From the NCBI GenBank assembly GCA_040954595.2, contig CM082582.2:6698063-6762062 (forward strand): DNA of 64,000 nt, read 5' to 3'. Source of the DNA: Balanoglossus misakiensis (taxonomy: Eukaryota > Animalia > Hemichordata). This document shows, piece after piece, positions 1-12,444 of the stretch (the stretch's first letter is position 1; each line of letters opens with the position of its first letter). The notes under the pieces were generated by a model. The model had not been told where the DNA came from, ran no database searches, and worked only from the letters and a program-made list of their open reading frames with translations. The position numbers and the translations under genes are program-made.

Positions 1-3000
1 ATGCAATCACCTAGGCTAATCTAACCGGCAACCGGCCTGTCAACGTATGTGTGTGTGTCACAAACATATGGTGTTTTTGTTGACAAATGAATTAATTCCT
101 GCAAATATGAGATCGCACCGCGAATTTGGAAGCGGCATTGCCAAACCAAGCATTTCGATTTTCAAATACATCCCAGCCAAGTAAACACTTTGCATCCGGG
201 CTTTTTCACAATGCATTTGATGCCTGCTTTGATTGAACGCACCTCGTATATATAAATATATAATTTCACCACAAAGTATTATTAGACTACCATAATTTCA
301 CACACAAAAGTAGAATAACCGAAAAATACTAGTAGGTATTTTATACAATGTATTTTTTCTTCTTTTTTTCTGTCGTTATAGCAGCGAGGATAGAGCCGAG
401 GGAATTGAAGTGCGAGAAATCATGAAGAAAGCTCCAGCCGAAACCATGTGAGTAAACGTATCCGCAAAACGTCTAAAATATATTCCTCCGCACGTGGTGC
501 GGCCACAGTTCACTCTAAACGTATACATGTACATGGACGTACAAGATGTAGTCCCACAAATCATCATAGATTTCATGCGTAAAACATTTTTTTCTTATCT
601 TATTAAAAACAGTGAAGTGTTAGTTATGGTAAGTTGCAAAATTACTTAATTTCCATCCCAAGATAGATAACTACCTTTTATTTATTGAATTGTAAAATAT
701 TTTCGCATTATGTTTTTTTCACAGTAAAGAAACGAACGAAGAAGTTCATGGATGGAGGAAATAGTTCGAGATATTTAGACGGAATCTCGTGACACTGCTT
801 GCTTTCATCGTTTCAATTTTGCCAACTTCAAAAATTCAACATCAGATCTCTGCCCATGCTTGATTAATCAATGACTCCGTGGATGTAAAAACAACATTGT
901 TCAGTTTTTAAAGAGCTAGGCACTTGAATTGATCAATGTACTGATTCTACCAATTATAGTTGCTACCCCGATCCCTATTTTCGACTATACTTAGTTCATT
1001 TCTTGTCCTGCTTAAAACTTTATTTTAGTTATCAGCATATATAAAATATTTGAGGGTTTATTAAAGATCACTTTCATGACCTCATGACCTCTACATATGC
1101 TTGTATTTTGTTAGCACGAGTTCACCATTATAGGGTGAACTTCACCATACTGTGCTGGCTTTTGTGCCCTCTAACTTAAACCACCCGGTCTCTTCACACA
1201 CAAAAGAGTGAATGTTTTGTGTGACGATGAGTGATGTGCGGATGTCATGCCAACAAAACTCCCCTGAAGGTCATCACTCAGGGGTCGTGAGAGGGGCCTA
1301 TTACAGACAGAAGAACAAATAACTGAAGACTAGCCTAAACCCCCACTGGAAAACACGGGTGTTCTGCCCCATTTAACAACAAGAAAACAATCTCGGCCGA
1401 TTGTACATAAATTATACGCACAGACACAGAGATATACGGGATATGTTGACAAGGTCACCTCTACGCATGTTTTAACCCTGGCAAAGGAAGCTGAACACGA
1501 AAGAATGGTTGATACAAAGTAATGACAATAAATACTGGAAAAAATAGCAAACTTACAGGCAGCTGTGGGCCTTTAAAAAGTACAAAAGCTGAAAGTAGTT
1601 TGTCTACAGAAAAAAGTATCGAGCGATTGTCATCGCAAAAAGAAGAGAACACCCATAAAAATACATGCAACAAAAAGCTAAGCTTTCCAGGACCTCTATT
1701 TTTACTTTTAAAGAGCAATAAAAAAAACCACATGGCGAGTGGAAAATAAAGAACGTCGGCAATTCCTGATCCGTCAGAGAAATAAAAAATAAAAATAGAC
1801 AGAGAGTCACTCTGACAAAAAAGTAATCGGCATATATGTATGTACAGAGGAAAATAATTTACAAGCGTGGGCAGGCGCGGACGAAAAAAGCCTCTATTTA
1901 AATAGAGGAGAGAATAATCTAAGAATAGGAAGGGTGATGAGAGAGTTCCATTTTTTCGATAGCTGGGGAAAATGAGGTGAGTCACCTCATTATTTATAAC
2001 GCCAATTTTGTTTCTACTGATTTTATATCGGTCCGGTCGTCAATAATTAAAAATCATAGTATCGGTTAGTGAAAACCTTCCATTTTCAGATCATGCAGTT
2101 GACAAAACATTTAGTTGGGTTGTGCGTGATGGTCATTTTTTTGAAATACACATAAGCGATCGACGTGGTATTATTTGTTGACCTGTTGCCCGACCAGCAA
2201 GTTCTTCCGGAATTCGTTCGAAAGAAACCACCACCTGGAAACTTGTACATTATACGTGTATTGGGTTTAGCTCCCCGCCACAAACAGGCCCAAAACTGGG
2301 GAATGGTGTCAACCTCTCTTCAAAATCGACTGGTGTGGCCATGGTTTAGTCTTTGACCGTCGTTTTCTTTTCTGCTTCTCTGAGATAAGGCAGTGCTGTA
2401 TTTCCTTTACAGGTTTGGGCGTTCCACTGTTTCCAAACTGGCGAGTAATATATGCAGGCTGTATACCAGGTGCCCAGCATAGTACACCTACATGTATCAT
2501 GTGTATCAAGACTGACAGAAAGCGACGAATTCAAGAGTAATTTGGTTAAAACGCCGTTTTCTATTATGCATGAACACTATAGTATTGAATGCACGAACAT
2601 TCATGTTATGCCTCGTGACGGTTTCCATTCGAGAAAAAAAAAACGTCTTTTTGTTTGTGGCCTAAATAACTTCAAGCACTGGTGGTCATTTAAGCCAGTC
2701 ATTTGTCGACCTTGGTCACGGTGACCTCTAATTACCCAGCCGTCTATGCACACTTGTGTGATCGTGGTGATCGTGGACTGTTTGGTGCGGCCCACGAGCA
2801 CACTCGTTGAAAAAAAAACTCATACAAATAGGTGATTATACGCCGGCAAACTGAGGTTATGGGGTTATCACGAATACACAGCGAAATATGCACGAACACT
2901 CAATGCAGGCATCACTGAGTGCAACGTATCGCCCGACTTGTCATTGGGGCCGACGTCCTCTCTTACACACAATGTAAATAATGGACTCTTGCCACTTTCT

Positions 3001-5942
3001 TTTAACTCCGCCTTTAGCGATACACCAACACAACAATCGGGTGATTTTGAATGCGTTCTACAATCTTTATTGCATTAAATTTATGAGAAATGCACGTGTT
3101 AGTATTAATTTGCTGATTGTGATTAACTATCCCAATTTTCTTTTCTTTTAACGAAAAGTTTTGTGAAACATGTTAGTTGCTTAGAAATCAAAAACACAAG
3201 CTGTAAACAAACTACATAATATGTACCGTTCAGAGAGGTACAGCAAACACTGATGATATGCGATTAAAGTGATTCTAAATTGTTGCCGTGGTTACTCCTC
3301 CAACTTTTCAGAACCCCTTGTCTTCTCCTTTATATTCCAAGTCATTCTTCAATGTTTCCTTCTTCCCGCTTTTCGTCACTGTTAAGAATAAAAGGGTCGG
3401 GGAAAGAGTGTTTAGAATGAACAAACAAACAAACACAAACAACACCCCCAAAACCAAACAAATAAATAAACAAAAACACCCCCCCCCCCCAAAAAAAAAA
3501 ACAACAACAACAACAACATAATAAACAAAAACAAACAGAAAGTTATATGCGTCTGTCTCCAATCACAAAGGCAGCATACCACTTGCATGAAAATGCTCAC
3601 TTACATGATTTCGCGCACGGCTCTCTTCAGTTCCATTTCCTCAATTCCGTCTACCTGGCTGTTCATATTATACAAAATATAAACAGAAACATTTAGGACA
3701 TTGTCCACAGTACTGAGCAAACAGGAGCTGTGTGAGCTATATTTTTCCTTATGATGATTCCAACTGAAATCATATTTAGATTTTGCATCGCGGACGTCGA
3801 TGATGGCGCATAGGATAGCGCCGCCGGTGTAATCTTTTTTTTTCCGAATGGAAACCGTCGATTTGTCGGCGACAATCAAAGAATCACGGCTGAACCATGC
3901 AGATAGTGTTTGGGCAAAAAAATACGACATCGCGTCGCAGCCAGCCATGGCTAAACGGCCAACGGTGATGCTAAGACCGAACGTATATTCACTTACATGT
4001 TTTCGCGAAGGGCGGCGGCCAAAGTGTCTCTCGAGCTCTCAGACAGACGACCGCCTCGCCTTCGGCGGCGCAGAAATTCGGTGTCGACTGCATCAGGTGT
4101 AAATAGAGCCAGCAAAAGGGCCACACATATAATCACTACCATGATCTTAGTCATCTTGCAATAATTCAAAGTTTAACAGCAAGTGGCATGTGCTGATTTA
4201 AAAAAAAAAAACAGAAAAAGATCTGTTGTTCATGAAAATTAACAAGTCATTTCCCCCGCTTTTTGTCTGATCTAACATCATGAGACAGTACATCATATAC
4301 AGCAATTAAAAGAAGACCTATTTCTTGATCGATTGCTGCAATTTATCAAAGTATACAGTCTTGTGAGTTGTGCCAGAGAGAAAACTTTTAACTGGAACAT
4401 TTTGATGTGCCAAAGTACATTCCAATAATCACAATGGCAACAGAGAACAGGAGATAGAGAGAGAGAGTCGTACAGCTGGTAGGAGCGCACAAAACCGAAG
4501 AACTAAAAGACTATACGAATTATGGGATTCTATATATTTAAGAAGGCGCGTATACCCGAGATTTGGGTACAATGCTCGACATACAACACGAACCGCTCGT
4601 TAGGCGAGTGCTACATGGAGCGGGTCCTGCTTCTCCGTCAGGTAAAAAGTGAAGTGTGCTATATCAACGTCCAGCTTAGGCCTGGAGAAAGGCTAGTCTT
4701 CTCCTGGTTCGGCTAATATACAACAATGACTACGACAGACTAGTTTTTATAGCAATTTAGTCCACTGCTGTCCAAAGAGGACTTCTTAACTCAGTGCGTA
4801 TGTCTAGTAGGTTAAAAAAATTACATTGATCTCAAAGTCCAGAGCCCTCCGCAACATTCTCACCTTAGATTCTTCTTGCCAACTCCCTTACGTATGCGAT
4901 GGCATATGCGGGGTGTTTCTGCTTTATACTCGATGTTCCCATTGTTTGCTCATGAATATGCTACCACTCGGGTTTTATTTAGTACACAAGTACATTGAAC
5001 TGTTATTCCCCCGTCAACTCTATAAGGTGAACGTGTCCTTTATTAATAGCCTCGTCCCAGCACATAGGATTATTTACATTGAGAATAGCTAGAAAACTCG
5101 CTTCTACTATTGCCGGTTTCATGAAATTTTACACATAGCTCAGTCAAATAAGAATAAACTCATAGCTCAAATAAAATAGTATGGTCACGGCGCTCTATTT
5201 TGAGATAAAATTCGCTAAATATTTTGCCCGTCGACAAACCATTGGTGAAAAATGCTGACTCAGCAGTTTTCTTCAACTATAGACCAACATTGTATGTCGA
5301 AAACAAGCGCGGTGACCCCCAGTGTTTGATTGCGGATTTTCATTCTACGTACAAATGAGACACACACAAAAATCACAATACTTTCAATTTTACTGATCGT
5401 ACATCCTTGAATCATGAGACTTGTTTTCATTTCATGTTGCTTCAACAGGTGGATATATACGGCTTGGGGTGCGGCAAAGAAAAAAAGACTGATTGGTGGC
5501 CTATATCACGACCTGATCGACGTCATATGACCCAGTTCAGACTGGGTATATGTATACTCATTTTAAAAATAGATTTTTTTCAATGTTGATGTTAAAGAAA
5601 AGTTACTGGTACATGCATATGATTTTAGCCCAGTACATTTTTCCATAGAGTTAATGTAGAGTTGGCGGCCATTTTGGTTTTTGATGGTGGCCTATGGGGA
5701 AATGAACTACTGGCACATAGAAACTGAAAAAAAGATACAGGTGCCGCCTTCAATATAACCAACCTAACAAGTAGAACATATCAGACTGGATAACTGTAAA
5801 CAAGGAAGTGTTTCAGTAGAACTTGAATTTATTTATTAGTCAGTCACTTGATAGGAATAAAATCTTCCCATAACAGACCCTGCACAATAATGTATATAAA
5901 TCTCTAGCGCTACTTCAAATCTTACAAAACTTTCCTTCAATG

Positions 5943-7761
5943 CTACAACTTTGATTTTCTCTCAACGCCAGTTGAGGTAAATGATACAGGCGGCACTTGT
6001 CCAAAGGGTAAGCTTATATTGCACAGGATATCCATGTCAAAGATGCCCTTGATTTCCACTCTGTGTAGATGAGGGGAAGACAGGCGACTCTCCAGCAGTG
6101 ATTGGTCGATGTTGCCGGGATCCTTTTCACCGATGTAATCTGGCTTTTCAGGATACAGTGTGTCACCTGACAGATAGAAGAGGCAATACGGGTCATTCTT
6201 ATTACAGTTTAACCCTTTTACCCCCGTTTTCCTCTTTTAGAGGTCCAACCTTCCCCGTACAAAACAATGGGATTGGACTGAACCATGGTGGCGAAAGGGT
6301 TAAATTCAAGAATATCACGCCTAGAACACCCAATCAGATAAACAGTCGACTTTTTAGAGGATCAGGGCGTAGCAAGCGTGTTTGGTATAGGGGGGTTTCC
6401 GGAGACAGAGTTCGGTTTAGGCAAGTTTTACTGAGCTGTACTTTGCAGACAAAGGTTGCATGACTGAAATTTTAACGAATCTGATCTTTGTAGAGCACAA
6501 GACATTGCTCACTTTTTAGTATTACTAACCCGGAAAGAGCGATATAATACCGTCAGTTGCGTTTATTCGGATTGGCAACCACAGGTCCACACCCTTGTCT
6601 GCCCTAGCTACGCTGTAACCATGGAGATCGTCTAGGCTCTTGAAGTGGAGTGTCCTCCCGACTTCATAGATCTGTGGAGGGGCGATCATTATCTTCTCCG
6701 ACTTGAAATCTGCCAGTGTTTCTGTCGGTGTTAGCCACTGTTGGAGAATGAGAAAGCTTGCATTCACATCACTGAACTAGTTCTCCTCAAAGGATTAAGG
6801 GTGAATTCGGTAAATATTGGGGAACTTCTCGCACAATGAATAACTCTGACATGCAATTTGCTTGACACAACCCAATTCCAGAATAGCATACATTTCCTCA
6901 GCCACCAAGTCGCACATAATGTATGATATATACATCATACATACATACATACAATACTACATACAAACTGGTACATCCATCCATCATCCATACACGACCA
7001 CACACACACAAACAGTGAAACATACATGCAACTTGACAAGATATATTGGTATATACATACACATGATATACACTCACTTTGAGATTTACCACTTCTTTCT
7101 CATCCACGGCTGCCAGCGGGATGTCGTCAACGCAGCACACATAAAACATTGTATCAAATCGTGTTGGTTTCAAATCTGTTGGGGTCAACCATCGGGACCA
7201 CTCTGACAGCGCCCAGATGTTCGGCACACAGTTCAGCTGCCGACACAACTCGATGAATTCGGACGCGTTGCCATGGACACGTCGCCGCCACTGCTCAAGT
7301 TCGTCCCTGCTGATCTTGGACAACGATTCGGCGTTGTGTGAAAGCTGGAGGACACCGGCCTGTTGGTCACCCCCGCCCGTCCTTGACAGGTCCGAAACGA
7401 GCAAGACGCCGCTCTCCTCGAAGGTTTCGCGAATCGCGCAAATGCGGAAGGCAATGTCTTGCGAGACCTGTGTATTCGCCGCCCCCGTCAACAGCGGAGG
7501 TTGGCGTCTGTTTGCGTGCAGGAATCTGGAGAGTCTCCTGTTTGTCTTCGCGAACAAGTCCATCCAACCGTTGTCGAAATCCGCCTTGACATCTATGGTG
7601 CCGCCCGGGAAGACGTAGTTGTCCGGCATAAATTTGCTTCGCCGGTGCCGCTGTAACATGAGCAGTCGATAATCGACACCACCGGAAGCAGGTAGACTTC
7701 GTATCCTGGCGGCGAGAATTAGCGTTGCCGCTTCCCGCCAATGCTTTAGAGTGCCTGCCAT
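5943..7761 (-). CDS. NUDT19: Nudix hydrolase 19 (peroxisomal acyl-CoA/CoA diphosphatase), 3 exons: 7761-7078, 6737-6530, 6166-5943; about 371 aa
   Basis: N-terminus HWREAATLILAA, FMPDNYVFPGG, Nudix-like box RICAIRETFEESGVL, and motifs WSRWLTP, RFDTMFY and APPQIYE. GT-AG junctions keep frame (phase 0, then 1). The last exon ends ERKSKL-TAG (PTS1). AATAAA on the minus strand at about 5828-5837. Confidence 0.93.
6213..6299. mobile_element. About 85-bp piggyBac-like MITE (copy 1, NUDT19 intron 2)
   Basis: TTAA|CCCTTT...AAAGGG|TTAA; the internal sequence matches the copies at 55135-55218 and, inverted, 60171-60255. Confidence 0.8.
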
Positions 7762-8152
7762 TGATGTAATGTTTAGTGTAATAGTCTGACAAGAAGTTCC
7801 TTGCTAAAGAACATAGGATGCACGGTGAATAAACTAAACTGGACTTTAAAACGAAGCGGACAACCTACCACGACCTTTGACCTCAGATCACGAGACGAAC
7901 AGACGTCCCACTACTCGACCACTGGTGGCGCTACACAAATTAAATCACAATCCGGGCAAATTAGACAAAAAGGGGCTTATTTTCATTTTAACATAAAACT
8001 AAGTTTCACACCTTGTTTAAAAAACTTACACGCAAGGCATAGGTCTAACTCAAAGCAATATGTAGCTGCTGCTACTACAAATATAATCTCATAAAGTGAA
8101 AACTCTCAACAAAACCACATATACATTTTGACACAGTGCTTGGAACTGAATG

Positions 8153-8158
8153 TTTATT
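8153..8158 (-). terminator. Candidate polyadenylation signal for GFOD (implies a 3' UTR of about 2.3 kb)
   Basis: TTTATT on plus equals AATAAA on minus. It lies at the far end of the AT-rich stretch below the GFOD stop and just before the NUDT19 promoter region. Confidence 0.4.
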
Positions 8159-10476
8159 TCGACTGTACTTGAAAGACAAAATATCACAGTTTGTGACAAA
8201 GGTTACAACAATCTTTCAATTCTAAAACAGTAGCTCTAAGCTAATACATAGAAATACTGGTCCAACAGAGTGCCACGGTTTGTCCAATGGGAAGTATATG
8301 CCCTTTATGGCAAATGACATAAAACATACATTTTTCCCTTTTGAAGAATTTGAACAGAAGTGGAGTCATGGAGACAAGATAAAACCATAGACGCCAGGGA
8401 TAGTCTCTCTAGGGTCTCTGATAAAACTTCACAAATACAAAACTACCATATGATAACATAAAAGTTCTCATAAAGAAAAAAAAATCACCAATTTTACAGA
8501 GGAGAAAACCAAATTCTATAAACACTACCCAAGTATTTTCTAAATTCAGTAGAACCCAATGAGGTTGTTACTAAAACATATAAATACATGTTTGAACAAA
8601 AGAAAATGTCACCAAACTCTAGACCGACTCCAATGCAGTGGAATACGAGAAAAGAACAGGAAGATCTAAGGATTTGAGAACTCAGCTGTGATTGGTTATG
8701 TCATGTACATGGGCCCTTACCTGAACTGGATGGAAATTTTTCCAAGAACTAGCAAATTATCATTTGTTTAAAATTAAAACCAACACATACAATGTATTAA
8801 AATTGCTGCAATTGTCAAGTGTCCCTGAAATGGTTTGTTAAAAAATGTCATGCATTTCTTTTTTTGTGTACTCTGCTATTTGTAACTGTTATGAATGATC
8901 ACAGTCAAGTGACTGAATGTCATGGGTCTCTGCTTCTGAAAATGGAAACTTAAAACTTGTATTAAGATTCAATGCCTTTTGATCACATTTCAAAATATAC
9001 ACAATAAAATATAAATGCTCATACCATTAGGTGATATCTTGTTAACTTTTCATAAAAATATTTCAGGGTTCTAAAATTGGCAGTGCATGTTAGAAAGAAA
9101 TTTGTGTAATCATGTTCTTAATACTCACAGCTAAGCTTAAAATCCTTAGATTTTCTTGTGATTCAAAATTTAAACATGAGCGAAAAAAAAATGTATCTCA
9201 CAGCAAAGTTAAATTAATTTGTTCCCCTTTCCATAGATTATACTTTTTATTAACTTAATGTTTTCACAAACCATGCATAATCAAACACACACACACACAC
9301 ACCAGATATCACATGAATAATTTAAAATGCATAACTTATTAGAAAATGATATAAAATGTTACTTTTCTCAAGGAGTAAAATATTAAGATTATATACCTCT
9401 TTTTGTTGATCGGAATTCATAATAAAAACGGTTTGGTCATAAAGCTACCAGTGTTGATTTCACTTACCCCAAGAACTTGTCCAAACTGCAAATCAGGTAA
9501 ATGTGTACATAAATATACAAATTTTCATATTATCCTGATATCATGTGTGATGAAATCAACACAGAAGCATTATTGAAAACAAATACATAAACAATGTTTA
9601 AAATGCATAGAACGTAGCACCTAAAAATGCTGCTAACAATATTTCAGTACAACAATTTGCAACATTACACACAAAATGTGATCGTGCAACCACTGTGAAC
9701 CAACTTTTGTAAAATCACGGTTTCCTGGAAATTTGATTTACACTTATCGGAGTGATTTTTTTAATACAGTTACAAGAAACAAGTCAAAGTGGTAACCAGT
9801 CTAAAACAGGTACCGTACAGTCAAAACAGATTAACTGTAATATTTACACTTTATCCAGTCTTACAGACAACTAGTCAGTCCACCACTAGTGACACATGCA
9901 AAACTAGCTGCAATGATTGTATCAGGTGCTGCTAGGTTGATAATGTCATTCACACCACTGCAATCACTGCAGCTAATGAAAAACATGCTGGGAGTGGGAG
10001 CTCCCGTGATAAATATACATTGTGTATATCCTTCTAAGAACACAAAAAACAACACTCTTTCAGCCTGACAGAAAACAGACAGGCCTGCAGATAGATTTAC
10101 AACACTACTATCTAACCAAATTTATAAAATATCCGACAACTGTTAGTGCATTTATTTTCATAGGACTTTGTGTTGTCCAAGTATGTCTGACAAGACCAAG
10201 GTAGTACGACAAAGTCCCAAGAAAATAAAGTCCTCTTCAGTGTGCAAGGTTTACACAAGATACTGAACATGAAAACTACATCTTATTTATGTGTTGAAAT
10301 TTCAAGAAGACTACAATTAACAGTACACATTATTGTACATGTGCTATATGATCTGCTATTCTGGCAAGACCTTAATGAAATATGTATCGCTGAGACAGTT
10401 AGAATGCATTTTGTCACCATCATCATATCTCTACAGTTATGGTGTCTACAATGGCAGTGATCTGTGGTACTGAATT

Positions 10477-11670
10477 TTAGGTGAAAGTTATCGAATGCCG
10501 ACTTCGGTTCACAGCAGCTGACGTGAGGTACGGATTGGGGTCGGGTTCCTCGGTCATGATGGCCACCTTCTCCCACAGGCGGCTCTGGGTGGACTGGCGG
10601 ATGGCGTCGACCACCGTCTGGACGTACAGGCCGTCCTCGAAGGTGGCGGCCATGGCGACGGGCTCGGGGTCCCAGCTGAGCTTGTCCTCCTTCCGCTCGA
10701 AGGCGTCCTTGAGCACGCAGATGAGCTTCAGCTGGCCCTTGAAGTAGGGCAGCGGCAGCTCCTTCAGGATGGCGTCCGACACCCCGAGTCGCTGCTGCTC
10801 GGAGATCAGCAGCGAGTCGGCCACGATGATCTCCTCCTTGCTCATGTCCGACCGCTGGCCGTAGAGGTCCGCCTCCCGCACGGCCAGCCGGCCCTTGGTG
10901 CCCACCAGGAGCACCTCCTGGGAGAAGACGCCGGCCAGGTGGGAGTCGAGCGTGACGGCCACGAAGGCGCCCTCGCTCATCTCCATCTGGAAGGTGCAGA
11001 AGTCGTCGCTGGTGATGCTGCGGATCCCCCGGATCTTGTCCGTCTGGGTCACCAGCGTTTTCAGCGTCCCGTTGACCTTGACCGCCCGCTGATTCATGAC
11101 GTAGGTGACGATGTCGATCATGTGGCAGCCTATGATGTTCAGGATCCCGCCGCCCATCACCTCGTCGCACTCCCAGTTGTACCGCTCGCGCAGCAGACTC
11201 CCGCAGTGGACGCGGATCTCGCACAGCTGCGCCTCGCCGACATACCCCTCCGACAACAGCGCCTTCATCTTTGCGAAGGCTGGTAGGAATCGCAGCCCGT
11301 GTCCCATGATCGACATCAGCGTCGGGTAATACCTAGCCGCATTGACCATCTTGAAAGCATCCACCTCATTCAGTCCGGCGGGTTTCTCGCACAGAACGTG
11401 CTTACCTATCCCCAACGCCTTCACTGCAACTTGTGAGTGCATTATCGGGGGATTACTGATACAAACCAGGTCGACGTTCTGATGCAGCAATACATTGTCG
11501 ACTTTATCCGTGTAATATGGAATGCTGAGGTCAGTCGCAATGTCCTGTGCCAGTTCCACGGTAGGTGCCCAAATAGCTTCAACTTTGAACCCGACCGCTT
11601 TCAGGATGGACACTTTGGCACGGGCCAGAGACCCGTAGCCAAATACTCCGACGCCCGGTAACATCTTCAT
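10477..11670 (-). CDS. GFOD1: Glucose-fructose oxidoreductase domain-containing protein (GFOD1/GFOD2 co-ortholog), single coding exon, 397 aa
   Basis: Uninterrupted ORF with MKMLPGVGVFG, VLLHQNVDLVCI, KALGIGKHVLCEKP, ITSDDFCTFQM, MAATFEDGLY and IMTEEPDPNP, matching the GFOD1/2 family as I recall it (Gfo/Idh/MocA fold). Confidence 0.93.
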   Translation of the reverse strand: MKMLPGVGVFGYGSLARAKVSILKAVGFKVEAIWAPTVELAQDIATDLSIPYYTDKVDNVLLHQNVDLVCISNPPIMHSQVAVKALGIGKHVLCEKPAGLNEVDAFKMVNAARYYPTLMSIMGHGLRFLPAFAKMKALLSEGYVGEAQLCEIRVHCGSLLRERYNWECDEVMGGGILNIIGCHMIDIVTYVMNQRAVKVNGTLKTLVTQTDKIRGIRSITSDDFCTFQMEMSEGAFVAVTLDSHLAGVFSQEVLLVGTKGRLAVREADLYGQRSDMSKEEIIVADSLLISEQQRLGVSDAILKELPLPYFKGQLKLICVLKDAFERKEDKLSWDPEPVAMAATFEDGLYVQTVVDAIRQSTQSRLWEKVAIMTEEPDPNPYLTSAAVNRSRHSITFT

Positions 11671-12358
11671 TTGAAAACGAATGTGTATTCAGGCGAACGA
11701 CTTGAAGCTGTTCCTCGGTTAAAATTCATAATGGTTGACAGAACAATGGATATTGGGAGGTCTCAAGCGCAGAGACAAATTTCCGCGATAATAATAATAC
11801 CATGGTCATTCAAAATCAAATGATGATATGACCTGTCCTGACCCGTCGTTTGTCATCAGGTTATCCGGAAAATACCAAGTGGCCTAACCTTCACCATGCT
11901 TCCCTTTTCCCATAGTAATTGTTAGCGTTATCTTCAACACTCACACATCAATTTTCACGACGGAATATTCACATTTTCCCTCTAAATCCGGTCTGTTCAT
12001 CAATTCACGATCTGTTCCTCTTCCGTTCTCAGCATCGTCTTATCACGGGAAGGGCGCCGCCTATGGCAGGCGTCTGAAAAACGTTCGCATACACGTAAGA
12101 AATGCAATGTACATGTCGTGTTTTATGAAATATGAACAGATATATTTGAAGTGGTAGTTTATTCTTTCAATGCACAGAAGAAAGCATTTGTAAAACACGC
12201 GAATGTAAAATTTTCGGATTTTACCTAAATTATACCGACTTACGGTAGGAGTATAATTGTCGCAAAAGTAAAGTGAGACTGTTTTACGACGCTCACGCAT
12301 GCGAAAGGTCATATTTACATAACAAACAGGATTCTGATTCTGACAGCTTGTGATAAGG

Positions 12359-12392
12359 TATATAAACGCCGATCTTGCATGAATTCTCAGTT
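12359..12392 (+). promoter_or_regulatory. Core promoter of MsrA: TATA box plus initiator
   Basis: TATATAAA at 12359-12366 and Inr TCAGTT at 12387-12392, with the A at 12389, 30 nt from the TATA start. A strong donor G|GTAAGT follows at 12444/12445. Confidence 0.7.
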
Positions 12393-12444
12393 GCGCATAC
12401 TGTGGAGAAAGCTATCGTCTTGGCCCGTCTTCTTTCAACCAGCG
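12389..12444 (+). other. Non-coding first exon of MsrA
   Basis: Runs from the Inr to donor GTAAGT (12445). A matching polypyrimidine/TAG acceptor ends at 14348, 15 nt before the MsrA ATG. Confidence 0.6.

Noticed and set aside
1221-1292. GTGAC...TGAG hairpin as a second SECIS
   Set aside because: The helix next to the core is out of register with a 4-nt bulge, there is no correctly spaced AA, and no associated UGA gene is visible.
2093-2540. Signal-peptide-like frame MQLTKHLVGLCVMVIFLKYT* with nearby splice-like sites
   Set aside because: In-frame TAA at 2153, a weak donor and no recognisable homology; not enough to call a gene or pseudogene.
10283-11224. 313-aa overlapping ORF and other alternative-frame or antisense ORFs over GFOD, MYND, NUDT19 and dynein exons
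   Set aside because: Shadow ORFs caused by high GC3 codon usage; Arg/Gly/Pro-rich with no recognisable domain.
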